A stretch of 64,000 bases of DNA from contig NC_092671.1 of assembly GCF_964355755.1 (NCBI RefSeq), forward strand, positions 17,050,001 through 17,114,000. Direction: 5' to 3'. The position numbers and the translations under genes are program-made. Positions 1 through 11,212 of this stretch are shown piece after piece (the stretch's first letter is position 1; the number at the start of each line of letters is the position of its first letter). Under the pieces are notes generated by a model. That model searched no databases. It had not been told where the DNA came from and was given only the letters and a program-made list of their open reading frames with translations. Source of the DNA: Antedon mediterranea. Lineage: Eukaryota; Animalia; Echinodermata.

Positions 1-517
1 TAGTTATTTAATGAATAAATAATAGTTGATAAATTATTGATAATTAGTAACTATACATTGCTATTTATAAAATAATTACAATACTTGTTTTTCTTCGGCA
101 AATCGAGTTTATCAATGATTTAGTATAAACTGAATCTCTTGGTAAATTTGCTAGATCTTCGATTAAACTTCATATCTAATGTTGCTACTTATCGCATGTT
201 TCAGAAATCTGTCTACTAAAAAAGACCAGATTAATAATAACGAGAAATGCTCTTCGAAAAATAAGCCGATATGGATTCTGTTCCCCCAATGGTAGTTATG
301 CAGCCCCTCAGCAGATTTCACAGGGGTGGGGAAGAACACTCTCTACGTAAATTATTAGGGCCTATAGTTATATTTCGACTGTACAGATACATACAGGTCA
401 TGAAACATCATCAAGTTCATTTAATTGTCCAATATTGTTTCTGATGCCAGTGGATGTCAATCATTTGCGTTCATTCTGCCAGAATCCTAATAAACATTTC
501 TGCATTCCTTTTGTTAA

Positions 518-865
518 AGATGTATTGTCCCCCAAAAACATGAAAAATGAAGATCAATTAAATCAGACTTTGAATATGTTATTTTGTAGTTTTAATAAAG
601 TTAATCCTTTCCATAGGAAAAAAAAACGAAAAAAAAAATGTTTTCACTTGTAAAATGACAAAATAAATGGTTACATTCAACCAAAAATCCATTGGCTGGC
701 AGCCAATTTGATCATTTTTTGCTTTAAATTACATTTTTTCAGGTAAATACATTTTTTTTTCGATCCAATTTTTGGTAAAAAAAGTAGATAACTATTATGT
801 TACATTAAAATGGAATATTCAACAAAAATTGTTAAGAATTATTTTTTCAGGGGGACAATACATCT
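518..865. mobile_element. Kolobok-like MITE (TTAA target), copy 1
   Basis: TIR AGATGTATTGTCCCC ... GGGGACAATACATCT, preceded by TTAA (514-517) and followed by TGAA. RR..YY termini with a TTAA TSD fit Kolobok. Homologous copies at 22620, 61931 and 3033. Confidence 0.75.
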
Positions 866-1925
866 TGAATCAAAACAATTTCTCATTTTGAATAAATTCT
901 GTGTTTTATTGGCTCTTACCTGACGTCCGGTTTGCAAGTTTTAGAGAAGTCTTAATATTCTTATTTATACAAAAAGAAACAAACTTACTCAACGTACAGA
1001 GTTGCGAACACAAGTGATTAGGCGCGCAATGTCTAACGACGACTAGCGTTAAAAAAGATTATTTAAACAAACACCAATAAACAATCGAAGGTCAAGCATA
1101 TTTTATTGATCAAATTATTATCACATAAAGCAAAAATAAAGCGACAAAGTCACATTCATAATAACTACTTCGTGTCTTCAACAAAACAATACACTTTAAC
1201 TCTGTACAAACATATCTTAGACATACAATAATATTTATAACTCTTTGTTGGGACGATGGATTAACCATTCTGTTTTCAGTCATGTTAAAACGCTTGTATC
1301 TCTTTCATGGATATATTAAACATTACACATAATGTTTTTCGACAAAAAAAACTTGGAAAATATTAATTTCAGAATATGATTTAGGTTTCATTTGAAAATA
1401 GCACGGATGGTTAATGTTGTCATTCGATACTCCTTCGAGATCATACATCATTTTATTTTTATCCTCTAAACTTAACAATTGCACAAATTAATTCACTTCC
1501 ATCCCTTCAAAGAATATTCAACCTTGAATATTTATATTGTTAAAAATTTGATATTATTCAAAACATTCTTCCAAATCCGATATGATATTTATCAAACAAT
1601 AATTTGTTAATTTCAATTCATTAATATTTACACAAATCCTAAATTGTGATAGTCCAGTGCGCAACTCTGCTCACCTCGAGACTCGACAGTTCAAACGTTT
1701 ACCAATATTGACAACCATAAAAGATGATCTTAAAGGTGGTTTGTTGTGGAAAATCTAAAAATTAAAATAAAGAAAACTTGAGGTGTGATGAATCAACTAC
1801 AAAATATGGTGACTTGATGACAGGACAACTTGGTAGGCTGTAAGACAATTTCAAAAACGATGATTATTTGAGTTATCTATCAACGTTAGTTACAATTACG
1901 CCTATGATCAAATATTTCTAAACCG

Positions 1926-2360
1926 TTTCTCCAATTAAAGACCACTCAAATTAAATACCCTCCAATTAAAGACCAATGTACCGCGACCCCGTATGGTCGT
2001 CTATATTCCCACCTAACTAATTAGACAGCAAAGATCACGATTTGGGTGGGCCCAACTGAAAATCAAACTTTCCCTTCAGTTAAGAATTACTTTTAAAAAC
2101 AAACATTGATGTATTTTCGGAGAGATAAACCATTGAAAATTTGAAGAAAATCAGAAAAATACTGCAGTTATTGAAACAGACAATCCTAATTAAGGTAGGG
2201 AGCAAGATAGCCATTCTGATAGTTAATTTCCCTCTAAATAGGGTATTTGTAGGACTGATTCCAGTGCCGGTTTTTAGTTGGAGGGATTCTAATTAGAAAC
2301 CAAAGCTACAGAGATCACTAAAACCTACGACCCAAAAAAGTGGTCTTTAATTGGAGAAGA
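1926..2360. mobile_element. MITE with inverted termini (pogo/Tigger-like remnant)
   Basis: tctccaattaaagaccact (1928-1946) and agtggtctttaattggaga (2340-2358) are exact reverse complements. The internal part is related to 44187-44545. Confidence 0.6.
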
Positions 2361-3032
2361 CCTAAATTGTGTATTCAATGTTTGTATCCATATGTACCTT
2401 TTTTGCTCCTAAAATATGTTAAAATTACCTTAAAACTTTAAAACCAATCGTCATCTTCTCGTTTAGGAAGGCTGAAAGAAATTTTTAAACACAAGTCAGT
2501 TAGATTCAGTTAGATATGAGAATTTAAAACCATAAACTTTTAACATCATCATTATTTTAAATCATATTAACGTTACTGTCATACGTCATCGACGTCAGTT
2601 ACAGACATCTACTGTAGATGATTGGTCAAAAGTTATGTATTGGTAAAAAGTTAAACATGTCAGTAATGAAACAAACGTATTAGTTTCTCTATATGGAGTA
2701 ATATATTTCAACGCCTTAGTATTATTATTATCTTAAAACGAGATTGATTATGTATACTTTAGGTTTATTGCATTAACAATTATGTAATACTGCTTTGATA
2801 TGAATGAAAATATATTCAACGATAACGTCTTTGCAACGTGTTAATCGTCAGTGTTTTACACAGGGGATAACCGGCCAACGCCTTGAATTATCTGAACGAT
2901 TGGATGAATATGCAGATACAGGTTTAGTCAGATCATGGATTCTTTAGGTACTAATGTCATGATGTGTACGGCTGCGATGAGTCTTTTCCCAGCGTACACC
3001 AATATATATTACCATGTATAGGCCTAAATTAA

Positions 3033-3140
3033 AGATATATTGTTCCTCTGGAATTTTTGTTTTTTTGTTTAATTAAATGTCTAATTTTATTAATCTAATG
3101 AATCTATTTTCTTGTATGATTTTGAGGGGACAATACATCT
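3033..3140. mobile_element. Short (108 bp) Kolobok-like MITE abutting the peptide gene stop codon
   Basis: TTAA(3029-3032) AGATATATTGTTCC ... GGGGACAATACATCT TTAA(3141-3144). The TIRs match copy 1. Confidence 0.75.
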
Positions 3141-3347
3141 TTAATAATTTACATACTCATTTTCCCATTCGCCTGAATCTGTCATAAATGTTCGTCTGTA
3201 GAGTCTGTTTAGGAAAGCGGCTCTAGCCTGCATTGGGTCAGCTGATCGCCCATAATTCCTGTTTCTGTGTTTTTGGTAGAAATTGCCAGCTTCGCATACA
3301 TATAAACACAGTGTTGTTACCAAAATGACTGCTAGGATTTTATTCAT
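3141..3347 (-). CDS. Small secreted protein, putative neuropeptide precursor (68 aa, single coding exon)
   Basis: MNKILAVILVTTLCLYVCEA is a typical signal peptide (basic N-terminus, hydrophobic core, C-x-A cleavage site). It is followed by GNFYQKHRNRNY-G-R (amidation Gly plus basic site), a later RR site and an acidic tail. A splice acceptor (tttttag) lies 6 nt before the ATG, so the exon starts at 3353. Confidence 0.75.
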   Translation of the reverse strand: MNKILAVILVTTLCLYVCEAGNFYQKHRNRNYGRSADPMQARAAFLNRLYRRTFMTDSGEWENEYVNY

Positions 3348-3392
3348 CTTGATCTAAAAAATAAAAGAAAAATACATGAAGTTAATTGATGA

Positions 3393-3508
3393 GCTTTGGA
3401 CCTTACCACGTTGAAACACCGGTTCTCGTCAGATAAACGAAGTTAAGCAACGTTGGGCACGGGTTAAGCTTGGATGGGAGACCATCTGGGAATACCGAGT
3501 GCTGTATA
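3393..3508 (+). pseudogene. 5S rRNA-like sequence (SINE head; diverged, not a functional rRNA gene)
   Basis: Near full-length 5S similarity with box A (agttaagc) and box C (ttggatgggaga) recognisable. There are several substitutions, the terminal stem is broken, and it is a single copy with no oligo-T terminator. Confidence 0.7.
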
Positions 3509-3719
3509 TGGAGCTGGGGTCCCATTAGGCATTTGGAATCAGCACTGCTGACTCTTACGGCAGCCCCTACGTCTAGTATCTGCCTGACGTATTGGCATAT
3601 ACCTCTCCTCTGGTTAAGGTGGACACTGCACGAGAGAAGCCCTTTGTCAATGATAGGACCAGCCAAAGGTGCTTTAAACAGTCCTCGTTTAATCATCATT
3701 CAGCAGATGAATGTAAGAC
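3393..3719 (+). mobile_element. 5S rRNA-derived SINE (SINE3-like) or 5S pseudogene with a 3' extension
   Basis: 3393-3508 aligns by eye to metazoan 5S rRNA (accacgttgaaacaccggttctcgtc..gaagttaagcaacg..cttggatgggagacc..tgggaataccgagtgctgta). No TTTT terminator follows; instead there is about 210 bp of GC-richer body. Possible TSD taattga at 3383-3389 and 3720-3726. Confidence 0.75.
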
Positions 3720-4574
3720 TAATTGACATGAAGTCGACCATATATAAATGGGCAGGGAAGGAGTACTAGTCAAAATAACAGTTTACCACTTGTTTATAAT
3801 ACAGAAGCTTACTGTACAAACGTTGTGAAGCATGTTTATTGCAATATGAAATCAATTATAATCGTTGTTAGTTTTCTATGAATCTGTCAGTCGGTCGGTC
3901 TATGATTCCCAACAAGGTAGTAATTATATTCAGTCTGCTGAGTTTTATGCGCGCATGTCCATGAATTGTTAACATTAAATCGATACTATTAAAGTGGGCA
4001 ATAAATGTATACAAAAGAGACAATTTGCCCATTGAAACATCTCTCATGTTGGTACTAAATATAAATTTAATAGCAATCATAAAATGCATAGATGAAGAAT
4101 ATAAAAAAATACAGCGCCCCCTGTCTTCTCGTAAGTATCTATCCGAGATCCCCCTTGGCCCTCCGCCCCGATTCCTTTCCCAGAATCTTCGGATTAATCC
4201 AACCCTGAATTGTGACAAGAATAAATTATATTGTAAAAGATTGTAACTAAAATTAAACAAGCGTAACAGAACGCATTTATATTTTTAACTCAATAAGAAA
4301 ATTAATTCTCGAAAATAAAACGATGTAATTAATACTTTTTGATTGATATCGATTTAGAAAATGCATGTTCAATTTCAGTTTCAGAGACAGTATTATGTAA
4401 ATTAAAGACAATTAGGATAAAATACTATGATGTTTGATTTGATAAATAACGATTTGATTTTTAATTCTCGAGGTCAACAAATGCTACACTATTATCAACG
4501 GAATTAGATATGATAATATAGAGGATTTCATGTAAACGAATTTGATGAAAATACATTTTGTTGATGAAACCAGA

Positions 4575-4716
4575 GTTGATTACTAGCTGTATTATTATGG
4601 TTATGGGAGTGTGTTTCCATACGTTTTTGATTCAAAAATGACCAGGGGTAGCCAATACTGTGCAGCGCACATTGAGACCTTTGTTACGCGCTATATAAGA
4701 TTGAACTATTATTAAT
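4575..4716 (+). mobile_element. 3' fragment of SINE family with an L2-like tail
   Basis: ttactagctg..ggagtgtgtttccatacgt..gtgcagcgc..gcgctatataaga..actattatta matches 47230-47355 and 40635-40763. Confidence 0.6.
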
Positions 4717-5508
4717 ATTTATGCGAGTTACTTATCAATGACTAGACGGTACAATGTGTTTCATAGTCTTTAAAAATAAATGACACCACGTCATAATTAC
4801 TATCATATAAATATCATCATCTACATGGAATTACATAACAGTTATCGTTTATAGGATACTCCTTAATCTATGATGATAGCAACGTTTTGGAGTAACATTC
4901 CGTAACAAACATCTGCGCATGCCTCAGACAGATCTGTGATACACGACTACACTTACTAAAATGTAAAATCAGGGTAGTAAAATCGAATATATGTACAGTA
5001 TTTTTATTACAAAATGATCATCTCGTTTACTAACAATTACAAACTTGTGTAATGTCAGTTAACTGACATTTAAGTGTATCCCCAAAACAAATACATAAAT
5101 ATTGAATGTTAACGAAGATGTCCTGTTATTCTGTGTGGAATATAGGCTATGTAGAGTATATAAATACATTATTATGCAATAAACAAATACACTTGAGGGG
5201 CATCACATATATACTCCTATTAAAGGACTTTTAAAGTATACCTACACACGTTTCGGTCAATATCTTTTGACCGTCTTGGCCATAATGAGTGTAGGCCTAC
5301 ATAAGTTGCATTCAAATAAAAATTGACTGACGTCATACACGCCTATGTCCATCTATAAAATAACCTAAGCCTGAATTTCAATTTCGCTATATTTCACTCT
5401 TAATTCTGAAATCGTTAAAATGGGTACCGTTTTAGGCCTACTGTATTGTTTACATACTCCTGGATTCCAAGCGCCGAAATGCATAGCCGGATTCGTATAT
5501 CCATCTAA

Positions 5509-5681
5509 AGCTCGGTCTACACTATCAAACGTTATGCGACGACAAAAGAAAATATGATGTTCTCATATAATTATTGTAGTGATGAAATGCTTAAATGTAG
5601 TAGCGATATGACATCATTATGTCCATATATGGGCACATCACATTTATTTGTCACATAAAGTTTGATAGTGTAGACAGAGCT
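5509..5681. mobile_element. PIF/Harbinger-like MITE
   Basis: TIR AGCTC(G/T)GTCTACACTATCAAAC ... GTTTGATAGTGTAGACAGAGCT. Other copies of the family carry TAA/TTA TSDs. Confidence 0.7.
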
Positions 5682-6310
5682 AAACTCCAACAAAATTACA
5701 TAAACTTATCATTATTGTTATATATGTATGCAAGTCGTAAGTATAGGTGAAACGTGTCGGCCAATTGACAATATTCTTTAGCGTAATGGGGTTTGTATCC
5801 AATCCCCACATTCAAACACAGTTGATTTGCGTCATACAATTTCTCATGTCCTATCATAATTATTTCACATCTCTGGGCCATGAAAGAGTCGCAAAGCGTT
5901 TGAGCTTTTATCTTATTTTGACCGTGTATACACCTGAACGTGCGTCACACAGAACTTACCCGGCGTAATTTTTATTTAGTTAAGAATGGTAAATCATGCG
6001 TGTGATACTTTGAAATAATTAATTAAGAAATTGCCTAATATACGTTGAGTTAACGGTACTGTAATACGGCAGTTACTTAAATACGGAATTGGATCAATTC
6101 GAACCTGTTTTAGTGTTATGTTGATGACTGTAGGTAGGTCTATTGATTATCACCCGTTAATGTACAAAAAGTGTAGACATCGAGCCTCATTTCAATATGA
6201 TAATTCATTACCAATGTAAATAAAAGTTGAATGTTAATATTAATAAGAATTTTATACGGTCATTTCTAAGTGGATTGCTTAGGCTGATACAATACAAAAT
6301 ATTAATTATG

Positions 6311-6850
6311 TATATAGCAGCTATGGCATATAACAAGCTGAAGTCGTCGCTAGAACACAAAACGATGTCTATAGACGTGAAATCCCGTTTGTTTGACGCA
6401 TACATAGCAAGTATTTTCTTATATAACAGTGAACTCTGGGTACTAAACAAAAAATTGCAAGAGAGCATAGATATTATATCACAAGAAAATGTTGCGAAAG
6501 ATGATAGATATTAAATTAACAGATAGTGTGTGTAACACGAAAATATACGAGATAACAAAACAAGACGAATGGAGTAAAAGAATTAAACGAAGGAGACTAA
6601 AATGGTATGGACACATAATTAGATTACCGGATGATACCCCAATCAAACAAACAATGAAGGAAACTAACAGGAAAGTAAAACGACCCGTAGGAAGACCAAG
6701 AAATAACTGGATGAATCAAATAAAGAAAGACTTACAAGGACTAGTAGACACTAACACAAAAACAAACCATCCTGCTATAAACAGAAAAAAATGGAAACAA
6801 ATTGTGGAAATCGTAATGTCGAAATACGGAAAACGTTAACAATAATAATA
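6311..6850 (+). mobile_element. 5'-truncated RTE-clade LINE fragment (ORF2 C-terminus, frameshifted)
   Basis: Two overlapping ORFs join to K.RLF.AYI.SIFLYNSELW...MLRKMIDIK...IKRRRLKWYGHIIR...KRPVGRPRNNWMNQIKKDL...NRKKWK, the typical post-RT region of RTE elements. It ends in a (TAA)n tail at 6837-6850. Confidence 0.85.
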
Positions 6851-7310
6851 GGCCTATAATATATAAAACGACAACGGATAGGCATATAGAAAAAAAATAG
6901 CAATTTATAGTTCACTCAAAAAGAATGGAGAGATGTTGTGATGTTTCCAGGGCAGCCCAGTAAAGGACGTATGGATGATTTCTCAGCGATCCGGCTGTAA
7001 ACACAGAATAGGCCTACGAAGTTAAATAATCCTCAGATGGCCAGGCCTATAAACTTAATAGGATGTGTATTCTCCCATCAGAATTGGATAGATATTACAG
7101 AAAAGAAATGATACGGCTAAATAAAAAAGAAGACGAAAACATATATTGGACAATGAATGAATGCATTTATTTCTAAAATGTGTAAGTGGGTAAAGAAAAA
7201 ATAATATATAAAAGTGAGACGTTAATTCAACTGGAGAGGGTAAAACGAAACCGGGTTTGATAATCTGAATGCATTAATTAATTATGCATGTGTATGAGTT
7301 ATCATATTCA

Positions 7311-8280
7311 AAATAAGGTAAGCCTATGTCCATGGCAGTATATTTTCAATAACATTAAAGACGTAATGTGATCTGACACACATTGTTATATATTAACTAT
7401 TAAAAAAACCTGAGTAATCATCATTTAATGAATTAATAGCAATTGGTAACTGTTGCTAATTAAATAGACACTGATGGCCATTACTAAGACAGAGGTGAAT
7501 ATAAAACAGCATAAGTATAAATATACGATGTGAATGGACAAGAGACAACATGCAATTTCAAATAAGTATTCATCAATGTTTTATGATTATAACATTTACA
7601 CTTGTTTCGTTCAATCCGATGTGCCCATATATGGACATGATCACTAACATATTTGGACAATTATCATTACGATATTTAGGCGCATCACAGCAAATCACAT
7701 TTGTTTTAAATTTTTCTAGTTTGATAGTGTAGACAGAGCGTTAGAACCGGGCCTGTTTAAACTGAGATAACGTCGTATGTTTAGCGGTTTGCTCGAGAAA
7801 TTTATCCCAGAATTACGTAAACAAACATTAAGCTGTAGGCCTATTCAAAAACTAAAAAGTTATCCAATACTGTATACATAGACAGCGGTGTATCATAATC
7901 ATAACAATATCAGAGACATTAATTTAATAAATTAAGGCTTAACTGCTTTCCATTCGATATTTTGTCAAAAAGATTAGAATATTTAAACCAGAAAATCGTT
8001 TAGGCCTATGCTTTGGATACAAGTATAATTAATTATGCAGCAAGAGATAAAATTCGTACAAAATGCGAGTATCTAATAACATGTGTCTATTAACATTAAT
8101 TTACAGTTTGTATTACAACATATCAATTTCTGTTATTTTCATCTTCATTGAATGTTCTGGTCTATAAAAACGCTAACAAAAATGTTCCTTAGGCCTACAC
8201 CTTTCTTTAAAACAATTATTATAACATTCTCAAACGAAATTTAAAATCAGTTTCTGAAATTATCACGGTAGAAATAAAAT
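7311..8280 (+). repeat. Local segmental duplication, copy A
   Basis: Near-identical to 9805-11212 in blocks, e.g. aagcctatgtccatggcagtatattttcaataacattaaagacgtaatgtgatctgacacac at 7320 and 9810. Confidence 0.8.
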
Positions 8281-8620
8281 ATTATCATCGTTAATTTTTG
8301 TTAAATTTTCCATTACTGTAGGCCCACGCCCAAATTTCAATTATAATTTCTGCTGCCTATACCCGATTTTGATAAAGAATAAATTAAATTTATAAATCCA
8401 TCTTTTCATATAAAAAACAACAAAATAATTCCACTTATATAATATTCAATACACAATAATAGAACAGTATTTTAATAGAATATAAACGGAAGTATCCATT
8501 CGCAACTTTTTACCAACAAAAGGCAAAATTAAACACAACACTAATACTGTATACAACAACAAATAAAACTATGTAGGCCTACGTAAAATAATTAACATTA
8601 AAAATTATCAAATAACTTAC

Positions 8621-8675
8621 TGCTTGAATGTGAAATTTCCGTTGATATTTGCACCGACTTGCTGATCACCTTTGA
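8621..8675 (-). other. Probable non-coding first exon of the peptide-precursor gene
   Basis: Minus strand shows TATAAA at 8706-8701, then a short stretch ending in the donor GCA|GTAAGT (intron begins at 8620). The nearest recognised downstream acceptor/CDS is at 3353. The start position is estimated from TATA spacing. Confidence 0.5.
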
Positions 8676-8700
8676 GGTTCAAGTTCTAAGTCAAGGTACA

Positions 8701-8797
8701 TTTATATGAGCATGCTAATGAATATTCATATATTCTAAACGTTCTAATTCTTTATTGGTAGAAAGTGGACGATTCCACAGTAAAAATATTAACCAAT
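8701..8797 (-). promoter_or_regulatory. Putative core promoter: TATA box plus CCAAT boxes
   Basis: TATAAA (minus) at 8701-8706, CCAAT on minus at 8753-8757 and CCAAT on plus at 8793-8797, in canonical spacing upstream of the candidate exon. Confidence 0.45.
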
Positions 8798-9804
8798 CAA
8801 AATCAGGTATATGTACAGAATTGTACAAGAGTGGATGCTTATCGCGTTTAACTTTACATTGTATCCGTGCCTTGTATGTCAGATGCTGTTGCAAAATTTA
8901 ACACCGATTTATCATCATTACCATTTTAATGTTTAGAGATAAAGTTTCACATATTTTAATTGACATTGCATCAAGTACTTTCCATTCGTAGTTTGAAGAC
9001 GTTATATAAATCAATAAAAACAATAACGTTGTAATCGAACGAGAATAAAAATGAGCATCGAAGTTATTATTTATTCCAGTCACATGATTATCTGGAAAAA
9101 AAGTATATTTATGGATATTCAGTTTTGCATAATAGTACTCTAGGGTGGCTGTGACCAAATTAATTAATCAACAACATTTCGGATATAATATATTTATGAT
9201 ATCAATATTTCCATAGAATGATCCGTGATATTTTGTTTATACTCTCTGAATTCATTAATAGTGGCTAGTGGAAGTATGGTACAATATGTATTTTGCTTTT
9301 TCTTTTAGTAAATTACTTAAAATCTTTATATGAGACATTATAACAGTCACATAATTTGCAAAATAAGCCTCTCAAAATAAAATAATCACAGTGAAAGGAG
9401 GAATTTCAATGGCAGTCGAGACTAGCACTCTTGGATACAGATGATGAAAGCTATACGACAAACTACATTAAGTCAAATTCTGACCTACATTTATACAACA
9501 TTTTCATATATAGCATGAAATGTTAAAATTAGAAAACACCGAAAATTAATTTGCGTTCAATCATACACAATTACTTATATGGGTACAAAAATCTATCAAA
9601 CGACATATTATAAGTGAAACAATTGATTTATACCTTCACATAAACCGATTGTTATGAGCTAAGACATAGGCATAAATGACAAACAATTATTCCTAGTGCT
9701 ATCAATGAAATAAAAAGATTTTCAATTAGTGATATCTTTCGTCTGGTAATTATATGTGATTTGATAGCTTCGTATTTCTTATTTTGGACAATTTATTATA
9801 TTCA

Positions 9805-11212
9805 AAAATAAGCCTATGTCCATGGCAGTATATTTTCAATAACATTAAAGACGTAATGTGATCTGACACACTTTTTTATATATTAATTATTAAAAAAAAA
9901 GATTAATCATCATTTAATGAATTAATAGCATATTGGTAACTGTTGCTAATTAAATAGACACTGATGGCGATTACTAAGACAGAGGTGAATATAAAACAGC
10001 ATTTAGAAATATAAATATACAATGTGAATGGACAAGAGACAACATGCAATTTCAAATAAGTATTCATCAATGTTATAATTTGAGCTAGCATTCACACTTG
10101 TTTCGTTCAATTTGTTATATGATTTTCCATTATTCATTATTTATAGCACGGCACCGTGAAACGGAACAAGTGTGAACGTAGTCTTAAGCTCTGTCTACAC
10201 TATCAAACCTAATGTGACATAAAACAAATCCGATGTGCCCATATATGAACATGATGTCATATCACTAACATAGTTGGGCATATCATTACCATATTATTTG
10301 GGCACATCACACTGTTTTTGTCAAAACTAGTTTGATAGTGCATGTAGACGGGGCTTTAGAACCGGGGCTGTTCAAACTGAGATTAAGAGCTTAACTGCTT
10401 TCAATTCGATTCGATTTTGTCAAAAAGATTGAAATATTAATCGTTTAGGCCTACGTTTTGGATAAGTATAATTAATTAAACAGTAAGAGATAACATTATT
10501 CGTACATAATGTCAGTATCAAATAATCCAATACTGTATTCGTAGACATATATTCATTTAATGAATTAAGGCTTAACTCCTTTCAATTCTATATTTTGTGA
10601 AAAAGATTAAAATATTAATCGTTTAGGCCTATGCTTTGGATAAGTATAATTAATTATGCAGTAAGAGATAATACAGAATTGGGTTGGAAACACAATTCTA
10701 TTTTGAGAACGGAGAGGGCGGGTTTTCGACCTCTTTAATCAAGCTCTGTTGATACGATCACAGTAAGTTGAAGAAAATTTTTCTTATTTTTCCATCACCG
10801 ATTTCCATCCTAACACGATAACATTTTTACAAGTAAGTTTTCTAACAATCCGGCTCCTTATGCGACGCAACCAGTTACTCATAATTTCCACGACTACAAA
10901 TACAGCCCTTTCCGTTATGGAAAGTCTACCTATGTACTGTATGTGTGGTAACGTGAGTGTATTTTAGGGTGTGTCCATGCTACTGGTGTGATTTCGTACA
11001 TAATGTCAGTATCAAATATCTATCAACATTAATTTACAGTTTGAATTACGACAACATATCATAATTTGTAATCTTTAATGAATGTTCTCGTCTATAGAAA
11101 CATTACAAAAATGTTGTTTATACCTGGCTCTAAAACAATTGTTATTGTTACAACATAATACTTCTCTTTTAAGGAAATCTAAAATAAGTATAGCCTACTC
11201 ACGGAGAAATAA
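9805..11212 (+). repeat. Local segmental duplication, copy B (with internal re-duplication and insertions)
   Basis: Block matches: 9810-10110 to 7320-7615; 10227-10383 to 7613-7770; 10388-10520 and 10565-10670 to 7935-8080; 10992-11212 to 8053-8280. Confidence 0.75.
10187..10355. mobile_element. PIF/Harbinger-like MITE
   Basis: TTA-AGCTCTGTCTACACTATCAAAC ... GTTTGATAGTG..TAGACGGGGCT-TTA (3-bp TTA TSD). Confidence 0.7.

Noticed and set aside
3393-3508. Functional 5S rRNA gene
   Set aside because: Single diverged copy with a broken terminal helix and no oligo-T terminator.
3403-3769. Overlapping 98-aa and 99-aa ORFs
   Set aside because: They lie across the 5S-derived SINE. Higher GC explains the lack of stops, and there are no protein-like features.
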